Assembly (NCBI GenBank): GCA_030141605.1
Contig: JAQGDQ010000334.1
Location: forward strand, 1-64,000
Source of the DNA: Tubiluchus corallicola
Taxonomy: Eukaryota; Animalia; Priapulida
DNA: 64,000 nt
Direction: 5' to 3'
A program made the translations under genes and the position numbers. Each line of letters begins with the position of its first letter. Within the stretch, counting starts at the first letter, position 1. The notes under the pieces were generated by a model, which worked only from the letters and a program-made list of their open reading frames with translations, made no database searches and had not been told where the DNA came from. Below are positions 42,972 through 53,532 of the stretch, piece after piece.

Positions 42972-45323
42972 ATGCCCAGTAAAGCTCACTTTAAAAAATA
43001 CATTATCGGATTCTGGTGTACAATACTTGCCGCGATACTGTTTATTGCTGTCTTTTTCGCACTTATAAGCAGTGGGAAGTTTGGAGAGATGCCGACTTTT
43101 GAAGAGCTGGAAAATACAAAAGCAGCCCTCGCATCAGAAGTTATAACCAATGACGGGGAGATAATGCGCAAGTTTTTCAGGGAGAATGAAAACAGGAGCA
43201 AAGTTCAATTTGATAATCTGCACCCCGATCTGATAAATGCTTTAATAGCGACTGAAGATGTTCGCTTCTACAGGCACTCAGGGGTTGATCTTAGGGGATT
43301 GGGCAGGGTCGTTAAAGGGCTGACAACAGGAAATGCCAGTGCAGGAGGAGGAAGTACAATAACACAGCAGTTGGCAAAGATGCTTTTCCCCCGCGAAAAT
43401 CTTCAAAGCTTAACAAGATTCGCTATAAGAAAATTCAAAGAGTGGGTAATCGCTATAAAGCTGGAGCGTAGCTTTACAAAAGAGGAGATACTGTCCATGT
43501 ATCTCAATAAGTATGATTTTTTAAACTTGGCAGTTGGAATAAAGTCGGCCTCATCTATCTATTTTGGAACAACAACAGACAGTTTGAAGATTCACGAGGC
43601 GGCCATGCTTGTGGGAATGGCTAAAAACTCATCGTTGTATAACCCTCTGCGCAGACCAAAGCTCACTACGCAGCGCCGTAATGTGGTTTTGTCCCAGATG
43701 AACAAATATGGGTATATAACCTCTGCACAATACGACTCCTTAAAATTTTTGCCCCTGGGACTCAACTATAGGAAGGTGGATTTTAGAACCGGATTGGGAA
43801 CATATTTCACTGAATATCTGCGTACAACACTTAGCGCAAATAAGCCCGATCCCGATAAGTATGCTGCATGGCAAAAACAGAAATTTATTGAGGACTCTAT
43901 TGAGTGGGAGACAAACCCCCTGTTTGGGTGGTGTAATAAAAACATCAAACCGGATGGTACAAACTATGACCTCTATACCGACGGCATAAAAATATACACA
44001 ACCATTAATGCGAAAATGCAGAGGTATGCAGAAGAGGCGGTGGTTGAACATTTAAGCCTCGACCTGCAGCCCAGTTTCTTTGAAAAGCTGGAAACCTTGA
44101 GTAATCCTCCGTTTTCTGAGAACTTGACAGAAGAGCAGGTGGAAAGTTTGCTAAACAACGCAATAAGGCAAAGTGAGAGGTACAGGTTGTTAAAACTAAG
44201 AGGGCTAAACTCCGAAAAAATAGAGGAGACATTTGCCAGTCCCGTAAAAATGAAAGTATTTTCATGGACCGGAGAAAAAGATACTATAATGGCCCCTGTA
44301 GACTCGATAAGATACTACCTGAGCCACCTCTGCTCAAGTATGATGACAATGGAGGCTAAGACCGGACATGTTAAAGCTTATGTGGGTGGAGCAAACTATA
44401 AGTACTTTATGTATGATATGGTAAAAGGGGGTAAGCGTCAGGTAGGATCCACAGTGAAGCCTTTTCTATATACCCTGGGCATGCAAAATGGTCTTACTCC
44501 ATGTACAAGAGCCCCAAATACAGAGCACACATTCTACCTTGGAGATGGAACAACATGGACTACCAAAAATTCGGGTAAAACAAAATATGACGGGCAAATG
44601 GTTACATTAAAATGGGGACTTGCCAATTCTGTGAACCAGATATCTGCATGGCTAATGAAGAATTTCAACCCGGTGTCTATGGCCAATATAATGAAAAAAA
44701 TGGGCATTATAAGCCCCATAGATCCTGTCCCCTCAATGTTCCTTGGGACATCAGAAGTGTCAGTATATGAAATGGTTGGGGCATATGGAATATTTGGCAA
44801 CCACGGAGTTTACTCCAAACCTATATTTGTGTCGCATATCGAAGACAGTAATGGGAACATAATTTCAAGATTCTCTTCCGAACATTACGAGGCGATAGAC
44901 CAGAATACAGCATATTTAATGATAAACCTGCTGGAAGAAGTTGTAAACAACGGCTCCGGTGCCCGCCTAAGATGGCATCCTGAGTATGGCGGACTGGTAG
45001 CAGATATTGCAGGAAAAACAGGAACTACACAAAATCAATCAGATGGCTGGTTTATGGGAGTTACCCCTGAGCTCGTTACGGGAGTATGGACAGGGGCCAA
45101 CCTGAGAAGCATCCACTTTGAGGAAATTAAATTCGGGCAAGGGGCAAATATGGCACTGCCTATCTACGGGAGGTTTATGAAAAAGATTTATGCCGATAAG
45201 GAGCTCGGCTATTCTCAGGGTACACGCTTTGAGAGGCCCCGCGGATTCAATATAGTACTCGACTGTGACCAGACAGAAAAAGGGGTAAATACTCCTGCCT
45301 ATTCAGAAGAAAGCTTTTTCTGA
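42972..45323 (+). CDS. Penicillin-binding protein 1A (transglycosylase/transpeptidase)
   Basis: EDVRF, GGSTITQQLAK, STVK, SVN, KTG. Confidence 0.95.
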   Translation: MPSKAHFKKYIIGFWCTILAAILFIAVFFALISSGKFGEMPTFEELENTKAALASEVITNDGEIMRKFFRENENRSKVQFDNLHPDLINALIATEDVRFYRHSGVDLRGLGRVVKGLTTGNASAGGGSTITQQLAKMLFPRENLQSLTRFAIRKFKEWVIAIKLERSFTKEEILSMYLNKYDFLNLAVGIKSASSIYFGTTTDSLKIHEAAMLVGMAKNSSLYNPLRRPKLTTQRRNVVLSQMNKYGYITSAQYDSLKFLPLGLNYRKVDFRTGLGTYFTEYLRTTLSANKPDPDKYAAWQKQKFIEDSIEWETNPLFGWCNKNIKPDGTNYDLYTDGIKIYTTINAKMQRYAEEAVVEHLSLDLQPSFFEKLETLSNPPFSENLTEEQVESLLNNAIRQSERYRLLKLRGLNSEKIEETFASPVKMKVFSWTGEKDTIMAPVDSIRYYLSHLCSSMMTMEAKTGHVKAYVGGANYKYFMYDMVKGGKRQVGSTVKPFLYTLGMQNGLTPCTRAPNTEHTFYLGDGTTWTTKNSGKTKYDGQMVTLKWGLANSVNQISAWLMKNFNPVSMANIMKKMGIISPIDPVPSMFLGTSEVSVYEMVGAYGIFGNHGVYSKPIFVSHIEDSNGNIISRFSSEHYEAIDQNTAYLMINLLEEVVNNGSGARLRWHPEYGGLVADIAGKTGTTQNQSDGWFMGVTPELVTGVWTGANLRSIHFEEIKFGQGANMALPIYGRFMKKIYADKELGYSQGTRFERPRGFNIVLDCDQTEKGVNTPAYSEESFF

Positions 45324-45336
45324 TACACCCCGGCCA

Positions 45337-45413
45337 AAAAATATCAACCCTGCCGGACTCCGTGTCTACAGAGTACCCGTAAAGGAGTAATCCCTTCTCA
45401 AGTCGAAACACCT
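45337..45413 (+). repeat. 77-bp target-site duplication, left copy
   Basis: Identical to 47060-47136. Confidence 0.92.
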
Positions 45414-47059
45414 CCTGTTTTGTGCACCACAACGACGCCCCAAGAATGCACTACTGATTATCAGCAAGATAGGAATTTCAAATTTGCATTTTGGGTGCTG
45501 CATGCTTAATTTTATGCATGTTTGTCCGAAAAAATAAGAATCGGAGTGGTTCTGTGAGTGTACAGATAATCTCAAAAAATCATGGTAAATATAAGGTTGT
45601 AAAAACCGTAGGTTGCGCAAAAACAAAGCGGGAAGAAGAATTGCTTTTATTGCTTACCAACACAGAGATAGAGCGGCTTAGGGGCATGCAATCGCTTTTT
45701 GTTGAACACGATGATTTGGTGGTTGAAAACTTTGTGGACAGCATTGCAAACAATCATTTACAAGTTGTAGGAAGTGAATTAATTTTAGGCAAAATTTATC
45801 AAGTCTTTAACTTTCCGGATGATGGGTGCTGCAATTATTTTCGCAACCTGGTATTATGTCGGTTAGTGTACCCGGGAAGCAAATTAAAAACCGTTGACTA
45901 TTTTAGACAGCACCTGAATACAGATGTTAGCGTACACACTATTTATCGTTTCCTTGACGAGCTAAATACAAGTTTAAAGCCACAAATTGAACAACTTACC
46001 TTTAAGCACACCAGGAAGCTACTAAAAGGAAAGATAAGTGTCGCATTTTATGATATGACCACATTGTATTTTGAGGTATCAGAAGAAGATGACTACCGTA
46101 TTCCCGGATTCAACAAAGATGGCAAGCATCAACAACCGCAAATAATGATAGGTTTACTGGTGGGTAAATATGGATACCCGATTGGCTATCAAATATTCGA
46201 GGGAAACACCTCTGAAACAAAAACACTAATCCCTGTTCTGGAAGCCTTTCAAAATAAATTTAATATCGAAAGGCCTATTGTAGTTGCCGATGCAGCTTTA
46301 CTCTCGCAGAAGAACATAAATGCCTTGATTGAAAACAAATACGAGTACATACTTGGAGGACGGATAAAGAATGAAAGTCAAAAAATAAAAGAAAAAATTA
46401 TAGCTCTTGATATTAAAGAAAACAAGCCAGTTGAGTTGAAAAACAAGAATGGAAGGTTGATTATCAGCTTCTCAGAAAAAAGAGCCTTCAACGATAAAAA
46501 AACAGAGAGAAGGGCTTAAAAAGACTTGAAAAACGTGTTGCTTCCGGCAAGCTAACAAAGAATCACATAAATAATCGCGGGTATAATAAATATCTGAATC
46601 TGTCGGGGGAGATTGCCGTTAAAATCGACTACGATAAGTTCCAGTCAGATAGAGTTTGGGATGGGTTGAAGGGTTATGTAACCAATACCCATTTACCGAG
46701 AAAAGATGTTATCGGGAATTATAGTCAGTTGTGGCAAGTGGAAAAAGCTTTTCGTATATCAAAAACTGATTTACGAATACGGCCAGTTTATCACCGCTTA
46801 AAAGAACGCATTGAAGCCCATATCTGTATTTGTTTCACAGCCTATGCCATTTACAAAGAGCTGGAAAGGTTATTGAAGGCAAATAATATTGATATCTCTG
46901 CTGAAAAAGCCTTGGAACAAATCCGGCAGATCAGGCAGCTGCAATACACTCTGCCCAAATCGAAACAAGTCAGAACAAAAATATTACAGCCAACTGAAAT
47001 GCAAAAAAAGTTGTTAAATATGAAATTATAAACTTGGGTGCTGCAATGCACAAAACAGG
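45414..47059 (+). mobile_element. IS1634-family insertion sequence
   Basis: 13-bp perfect IR CCTGTTTTGTGCA / TGCACAAAACAGG; long direct flanks. Confidence 0.9.
45518..47031 (+). pseudogene. IS1634 transposase, single frameshift at A7 (46496-46502)
   Basis: FYDMTTLYFE, VVADAA, WDGLKGY, LWQVEKAFRISK; one extra A restores the frame. Confidence 0.85.
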
Positions 47060-47136
47060 AAAAATATCAACCCTGCCGGACTCCGTGTCTACAGAGTACC
47101 CGTAAAGGAGTAATCCCTTCTCAAGTCGAAACACCT
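47060..47136 (+). repeat. 77-bp target-site duplication, right copy
   Basis: Identical to 45337-45413. Confidence 0.92.
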
Positions 47137-47245
47137 TGGCTCATGCTGAAAAGAGCCGATGAAAGTTTTCATCCAGATAACGATTGTGGACAGGTGTCCC
47201 CCCTCATGACAATATATTTAAAGGTATTTGCTTTGGCTCTATGAT
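47111..47245 (+). repeat. Possible highly degenerate dispersed repeat copy
   Basis: cccttctcaagtcgaaacaccttggctcatgctgaaaagagccgatgaaa resembles the consensus left half. Confidence 0.35.
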
Positions 47246-47594
47246 AGTTTGCTGAAAAGCTTTGTTTTGCACTACTGATAGTTGTGTATACCCGGCGTAA
47301 TGCTTATTTAGTGAGCTGGTCACTGAGCTTTTCATATAAATATGCAATTCAGCATAGTCGGAAATATTTAACATACAAAGTAGCACCACCAGCTAAGGCA
47401 ACACTCTTCTCTCAAAACGAATATTTTTTGCTGTTTCGTCTATCTCTTCAGTCGTATGCTAGCCCAGAACTTTAGCTTTAAAGTGTCTGCTTCGACTACT
47501 TCTTTCCGGGTTCAACATCCTCACGCTGGGCTGATTCTGCCATGGTATGGTTATCGTGTCCTCATTTTTTACACACCACACCAATATTGTCTCT

Positions 47595-48887
47595 TTACTT
47601 CACTTTGCGCTGAATTTTTTTAATAGCTGACTCTATTGACTTTTCCGGCTCAATAACATTAAATTCACCCCAGAACTCCTTATCCGAGAAGTCCGATATC
47701 TTATCCTGCATAACAATGTTAGGTTTCATCTTTTCTATAAATTTATCAGGCTTGCCTTCTATATCTTCTCGATTGGTTATAGCCATTTCAACAGTAGAGA
47801 TATAGTAGCTGTTAAATATCTTTCTTTTCCAGTTAATCTTAAATGTGATTTGCCCTCTGGAGTAATTAAGATACCATTTGCCACCCTTCTCCCTATAGCT
47901 AACAATATATTTCGCTTCAGTAGGGTACACTTTAGCACCTGCCGGTTTTCGTTTAATCAGCATTTCAGATACCTCTTTCCTGTTTTCGGTATTTAAATTA
48001 AATGATGCACTTATTACAGCCAGGCTTTCAGTGTCAACATATATTTCTCCGAAATACAGTGGTTTTCTTATGTGCGGGAACGGCTTAAAACCAATGACAT
48101 ATGTAAGGCGACCATCTGTTTTAACAGCATTTAATACACTGAATTCATAGTTTCCTATCATATCTTCAGTAAATATAAGGTGCGGATTTTTCATTATATC
48201 AAGCAGCAGGTTGGTGTATGGACCTCCCTGTAGCTTAAAGTTCAGAGTATCAAGCCTGGAGTAGTCAGTTGTTTTTCTTCCTTTATGCAGGCTTACCTGG
48301 TCTACCTTTTGCGAAGTATAAGGCTGCTTATGTATATTAATAACAGCTTCAGCCAGTGATACATATTTTTTCCTTTTCTGTATAGCCTCACGATAAAATG
48401 CAGACATCAGAGAGTGCCCTTCTGTGTAGTTCTCCTTTCTTTTGTTAAAGATCTCTCTCATAAGCATATCAGGATCGCGAGGGGACACATTTATTTCAGA
48501 TAGCGAGACAGATAGCATTTCCATCTCTACTACACTACCCTCAGCTTTAAGCTCGGTAATAGGTTCAATTTTGCTTTTATAACCTGTAAACGAGACTACA
48601 ACATTCTTATCCAACATGTCGTTGGGGACCTTCAGCAAGAATTTCCCTTCCGAGTTGCATACAGTAGCAATGTTTGTCCCCTCAATGTGAAGTGTGGCAA
48701 ATATCAGAGGCTCACCTGTCTTGCTGCTTTTTACTTCCCCCCTGTACTGGGTAAAAGAGCCTTTCCCTTCCTGCCAAGGATAAGGGTTGTATGCGAAAGG
48801 CGTTTTTGCACAGACGGTAATACAGACAAGCGTGAAAAGAAAGGTTGCTGTCATTTTTCTGCTTACAGGTCGGATCTCCATTTTCAT
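47595..48887 (-). CDS. Exported protein with CarboxypepD_reg-like domain
   Basis: GEPLIFAT..EGKF..SFTGY..LSEINV N-domain. Confidence 0.75.
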   Translation of the reverse strand: MKMEIRPVSRKMTATFLFTLVCITVCAKTPFAYNPYPWQEGKGSFTQYRGEVKSSKTGEPLIFATLHIEGTNIATVCNSEGKFLLKVPNDMLDKNVVVSFTGYKSKIEPITELKAEGSVVEMEMLSVSLSEINVSPRDPDMLMREIFNKRKENYTEGHSLMSAFYREAIQKRKKYVSLAEAVINIHKQPYTSQKVDQVSLHKGRKTTDYSRLDTLNFKLQGGPYTNLLLDIMKNPHLIFTEDMIGNYEFSVLNAVKTDGRLTYVIGFKPFPHIRKPLYFGEIYVDTESLAVISASFNLNTENRKEVSEMLIKRKPAGAKVYPTEAKYIVSYREKGGKWYLNYSRGQITFKINWKRKIFNSYYISTVEMAITNREDIEGKPDKFIEKMKPNIVMQDKISDFSDKEFWGEFNVIEPEKSIESAIKKIQRKVK

Positions 48888-49125
48888 GATTTTTGATATT
48901 TTTGGTTAGAGGGATTATACTAATCACAGGTTAAGGCGTATCTCCAATCAATCACTTTAAAAAAGTATTTATCGTTTCATCTTTGCACAAATTTACTGAA
49001 AAGATGTATGGCATTGTATCAATATTACATTAAATTTACGAGTTAAATTAAAACAGTTTACAAGTAAGGAAGATATGAAAGTTGTTATAGCTCCCTTTTA
49101 TGAAAAGAGATAATGGGGCTTTAGT

Positions 49126-50649
49126 ATGAAATTTTATTTAAAATTACGATTTAAGCATTCCCGCTCCATAGCTTTTTTAGTAGCTGCAGTTGTAATTATG
49201 TTAGCAATAGCCGGGTTTAATGGAATATTGAAGCACACCTCTACTGATGAGTATTGCATGAGTTGCCATGTCCATTCCCATGTTGAGCCAACATGGAAAC
49301 AATCTGTACACATGCGAAATAGTAGTGGTACTGTAGTGCATTGTGCAGAGTGCCACCTTCCGCCCAAAGATAATGGTATAATGAAGTATACATGGGCAAA
49401 GGTAAAGCATGGAACAAAGGATGTATACAGCCACTATTTTAAAGATAGTGATAAAATAAACTGGCAGATGAAAAAGACACCAGAGGTGGCAGCAGATTTT
49501 GTTTACGAAGAGTCGTGCTTGAAGTGCCATGCAAATCTGTTTCCCGTCACCTTGAGCGACAAGGGCAGCGAAGCTCATTTGCGATATGAGCGCTCCTCCG
49601 GCGATATAAGCTGCATCTCCTGCCATATTAGCGTGGGGCATCACAATCCTGCAGCAGAGACGCATAACACAGACTTTGGAGTGGTAGCTGACGATAAAGA
49701 GATATTTACCACCTCTACCGAAGTGCGGTCTTTTGAGAACTATACGGAGCGTATTCCCGGTTCAAGTGTCAGCTTTAATATGGTAGCTATTCCAAGGGGT
49801 AAATTTATTATGGGAAGCCACCCCAAAGATGCTTATAGCAGGAAAGATGAGATGCCTCAGCGCGAAGTGGAGGTGGGAAGTTTCTGGATGGCAGAGACGG
49901 AGGTATCGTGGGATGAGTACCTCGCATTCTTTTCAGCTACGGCATCGCAGGGGCGTAATGAGTTTGCCGAGAACAATGATGTAGACGGTATTTCAGGCCC
50001 TACGCCTCCCTGGGGAGCTCCTGACCAGGGGTGGGGAAAAGGGACAAGGCCGGCAATTACAATGACACACCATGCAGCAATGGTATATTGCAAATGGCTT
50101 AGCCATATAACCGGTAAGAAGTATCGCCTACCAACTGAGGCGGAATGGGAGTATGCCGCGCGTGGCGGAACAGAAGGGGCTTACTATTTTAAGGGTAAAG
50201 TGTCGAGATTTGAGAGGGAGGGTGTGTGGAATAAGCTGTTTGGTCCCGATACCACCAATATATGGTCACACACCATTTATTTCGAGAATAGTTTGTCAAT
50301 GACACAGGAGCCGGGTTATGTGAAGGCAAATCCATTTGGGCTGAAGAATATGCTCGGCAATGTTGCTGAGTTCTGCCTTGACTATTATGACCCTCATGTT
50401 TACAGCAAATACCCCAAAGGTGTGATCAAGAATCCGCGGGGTCCCAGGAGTGGAGAGGAGAGGGTTGTCCGAGGTGGTTCATACAATAGCCGCCCTTATC
50501 AACTCAGGATTGCGGCACGTGATTTTACACGTACTAAGGAGTGGTTGACCACTGACCCGCAAATACCCAAAAGTATATGGTGGTATTCTGACAATAAGGA
50601 GGTGGGATTCCGTGTAATCTGCGAGTATGACAGTTCATTAAAAGAGTAG
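49126..50649 (+). CDS. NapC/NirT tetraheme cytochrome c fused to FGE-sulfatase (SUMF1/PvdO-like) domain
   Basis: N-terminal TM; CMSCH, CAECH, CLKCH, CISCH; RLPTEAEWEYAARGG, NPFGL..MLGNVAE, RGGS, GFRV. Confidence 0.88.
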   Translation: MKFYLKLRFKHSRSIAFLVAAVVIMLAIAGFNGILKHTSTDEYCMSCHVHSHVEPTWKQSVHMRNSSGTVVHCAECHLPPKDNGIMKYTWAKVKHGTKDVYSHYFKDSDKINWQMKKTPEVAADFVYEESCLKCHANLFPVTLSDKGSEAHLRYERSSGDISCISCHISVGHHNPAAETHNTDFGVVADDKEIFTTSTEVRSFENYTERIPGSSVSFNMVAIPRGKFIMGSHPKDAYSRKDEMPQREVEVGSFWMAETEVSWDEYLAFFSATASQGRNEFAENNDVDGISGPTPPWGAPDQGWGKGTRPAITMTHHAAMVYCKWLSHITGKKYRLPTEAEWEYAARGGTEGAYYFKGKVSRFEREGVWNKLFGPDTTNIWSHTIYFENSLSMTQEPGYVKANPFGLKNMLGNVAEFCLDYYDPHVYSKYPKGVIKNPRGPRSGEERVVRGGSYNSRPYQLRIAARDFTRTKEWLTTDPQIPKSIWWYSDNKEVGFRVICEYDSSLKE

Positions 50650-50681
50650 GTAGTAAAAAGATGAGTTTTGCAAAGGTTTTA
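50650..50681 (+). repeat. Right-end fragment of dispersed repeat
   Basis: tagtaaaaagatgagttttgcaaaggtttt. Confidence 0.6.
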
Positions 50682-50734
50682 AAGAGTTTATGTAATAAGC
50701 ATGCCGGGGATAGGTGTATGCTAATTGAGTTATT

Positions 50735-52075
50735 ATGAAAAGGAAAGGTATTTCACGCCGCTCGTTTATTGAGAAGGGAGCGGCTGCCGGAGTTGTAGGG
50801 CTGATAGGTGTAAACGCGCTTAGTTCCTGCAAAAAGAGAATGTCTGATAAGGATTTGATGTTGCCAATATTTCCCACTCGGGCACCTGATGGCAAGGTGC
50901 TTCGTGCTGGAGTTGTAGGGTGCGGAAACCGTGGAACCGGAGCGGCGTTGGACTTTTTATCAGCAGGCAATGGACTGGAAATTGTTGCTCTGGCTGATGT
51001 TTTTGCAGATAAGGTTGAGGAGTGTCATAGAAAGCTGATACAGCACAATACGGAAGTTCCAAAGGGGAACTGTTTTTCCGGGTTTGACTCCTATAAGAAG
51101 CTATTGAATATAGACCTGGACGTTGTTATTCTGGCAACACCTCCATATTTCAGGCCGGAGCACCTAAAAGCGTGTGTTGAGGCGGGGAAACATGTGTTTA
51201 TAGAAAAGCCGGGCTGTGTTGATCCTGTGGGGGCACGTTCTGTTATCGCCACATCAAGAAAAGCAGCAGCATTGGGGCTATCTATTGTGGCAGGAATGCA
51301 GCTCCGCTACCAGCGCGATTATGTGGATACATATAGGCAGATAGCTAATGGTGCAATAGGCAAGATACAGTCGGCAAGGGCATGGTGGCTACAGACACAT
51401 GTCTGGTTCAGAACACGTGAAAAGGGGTGGTGCGATATGGAGTACATGCTGCGCAACTGGAATAATTTCTGCTGGCTGTGCGGAGAGCATATTCTGGATA
51501 CGCACATTCATAATATTGACGTGGTTAACTGGTTTATAGGACATCAACCCAAGAGTGCTATAGGTTTTGGAGGCAGAGCGCGAAGATTGACAGGTGACCA
51601 GTATGATTTTTTTAGTATAGATTTTGATTTTGGGAAGAATGTACATTCTCATAGTATGTCACGCCAGATTGATAACTGCACTAATGCCATGGGTGAAATG
51701 ATCGTTGGGACCAATGGGTATACAAACTGCAAAAATACAATATGGAACCCTGACGGAACAGTAAAATGGAGATACAGTTATCCCAAAGATTCATCAGGGA
51801 AACCCACCGGATCGGTGAAAATATCTCCTTATGTGCAGGAGCATATTAATCTGGTAACAGCTATCAGAACAAATACCCCCGTTCAGGATGCCGAACGTGC
51901 AGCCATTTCCACTTTAACAGCTATAATGGCCCGCACATCGGCATATACAGGCAAAAGAGTAACGTGGGAGGAGATGATGGATAGTACATCTAAGCTTGGG
52001 CCTAAGGAGGTTAAGTTTGGCCCTGTAGACATGAAGTTTCCTGTACCACTACCCGGTACTGCACATAAAGCATAA
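50735..52075 (+). CDS. Gfo/Idh/MocA oxidoreductase, Tat lipoprotein
   Basis: SRRSFI leader, LSSC lipobox, GCGNRG, EKP. Confidence 0.9.
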   Translation: MKRKGISRRSFIEKGAAAGVVGLIGVNALSSCKKRMSDKDLMLPIFPTRAPDGKVLRAGVVGCGNRGTGAALDFLSAGNGLEIVALADVFADKVEECHRKLIQHNTEVPKGNCFSGFDSYKKLLNIDLDVVILATPPYFRPEHLKACVEAGKHVFIEKPGCVDPVGARSVIATSRKAAALGLSIVAGMQLRYQRDYVDTYRQIANGAIGKIQSARAWWLQTHVWFRTREKGWCDMEYMLRNWNNFCWLCGEHILDTHIHNIDVVNWFIGHQPKSAIGFGGRARRLTGDQYDFFSIDFDFGKNVHSHSMSRQIDNCTNAMGEMIVGTNGYTNCKNTIWNPDGTVKWRYSYPKDSSGKPTGSVKISPYVQEHINLVTAIRTNTPVQDAERAAISTLTAIMARTSAYTGKRVTWEEMMDSTSKLGPKEVKFGPVDMKFPVPLPGTAHKA

Positions 52076-52163
52076 GTGTTGCAAAGGTAGAGAGGTATGA
52101 GTAACGCTATGTATGATATAATTGTTTCATTAAGCTTTTTATTAACAAACTAATTAGAAAATA

Positions 52164-53453
52164 ATGGATAGAAGAAAATTTTTAAAACGCACAACTGCAG
52201 CTTCCGCGGGAGCTTTAACTTTGCCTACAATAGTTCAGGCAAGTGCATTGGGGCGCAGCGGCTTTACACCTCCTTCAGACCGTATAGTGATGGCTGTTAT
52301 TGGCTGTGGTAGCCAGGGTAAGGGGAACATGTCGAACCTGGTTGCAAAGAAAGGTGTGCAGTTTGTTGCAGTTTGCGATGTGGATAGAAAGCATCGAAAG
52401 CAGGCTCAGGGAGCGCTGTGGAAATACTACAAGAATAAAGATTGTCGTGAGTATGAAGATTATCGCGATGTGCTGGACAAAGAGAAAATTGATGCTGCAT
52501 CAATAGCTGTGCCGGATCACTGGCATGCTATCATGTATAAACAGTTTGCCAACAATAAGATAGACATTTATGGTGAGAAGCCTTTGGTCAGAAAGGTTTC
52601 AGAAGGCAAAGAGGTAGTAAGTGCCGTAAAGAATAGTGGTATTATATGGCAGACCGGAAGTTGGCAGCGCAGCCGCCCTAATTTTCACAGAGCCTGTGAG
52701 CTGGTTCGCAACGGAGTAATAGGTAAAATACAGCATGTTGAGGTAGGTCTGCCGGATTTTACTTTATCTGTTGGTATGCCCTCTGAAAAGAGCGTTCCCA
52801 AACACCTTAACTGGGATATGTGGCTGGGGCCTGCCCCAAAGCGCCCGTTCAGAGGTGTCGCACACTGGGATTGGAGATGGATCATGGAGTATTCCGGTGG
52901 ACAGTTGACCGACTGGGCAGGGCACCATATTGACATCGCTTTCTGGGGGCTTGGAATGGACAATTCCGGCCCTGCCGAGATTAAAGCTTCCGCTAAGTTT
53001 AACGATGGGGATTATTACGATGTACCACATGAGTTTGATATCCATATGAAAATGCCTGACGGCCTCCCTATCAGAGTCGCTAACAATTCCAAGCTACCCA
53101 AAGGGGGAGGGACATGTTGGTATGGCGAACATGGGTGGATTTATGTTGATAGGGGCAAGCTAGACGCCAGCGATAGCGATATATTACAGTCCAAGATACC
53201 TGATAACGGAATACGCCTGTATAAGTCGGAAGATCATTATCAAAATTTTGTGGATTGTGTAAAGTCCCGCAAAGAGGCAATCACCCCTGCTACTGTTGCA
53301 AACCGTGCTATTATTGCCGGCCTGTTAGGAGAGATAGCATTTCTGACAGGAGAGACTATCCATTGGGACCCTGTTAAGGAAGAGTTGGTAAACGCTTCAG
53401 ATAAAGCGAAGTCACTGTTGTCGTATGAGTACAGAAAACCCTGGACGCTATAA
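52164..53453 (+). CDS. Gfo/Idh/MocA oxidoreductase, Tat-exported
   Basis: DRRKFLK, GCGSQG, PDHWH, EKP, DWAGHHID. Confidence 0.9.
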   Translation: MDRRKFLKRTTAASAGALTLPTIVQASALGRSGFTPPSDRIVMAVIGCGSQGKGNMSNLVAKKGVQFVAVCDVDRKHRKQAQGALWKYYKNKDCREYEDYRDVLDKEKIDAASIAVPDHWHAIMYKQFANNKIDIYGEKPLVRKVSEGKEVVSAVKNSGIIWQTGSWQRSRPNFHRACELVRNGVIGKIQHVEVGLPDFTLSVGMPSEKSVPKHLNWDMWLGPAPKRPFRGVAHWDWRWIMEYSGGQLTDWAGHHIDIAFWGLGMDNSGPAEIKASAKFNDGDYYDVPHEFDIHMKMPDGLPIRVANNSKLPKGGGTCWYGEHGWIYVDRGKLDASDSDILQSKIPDNGIRLYKSEDHYQNFVDCVKSRKEAITPATVANRAIIAGLLGEIAFLTGETIHWDPVKEELVNASDKAKSLLSYEYRKPWTL

Positions 53454-53532
53454 TTTTTAAATAACTGTACAGTTGTGTCTCTCTGCTTTTCTGTTTTTTT
53501 TAGAAAAGCAGAGAACTCACATTATCAAAAGT

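Noticed and set aside
47246-47594. Short ORFs or ncRNA downstream of IS1634
   Set aside because: No recognisable motifs or stable structure; cannot be supported from sequence alone.
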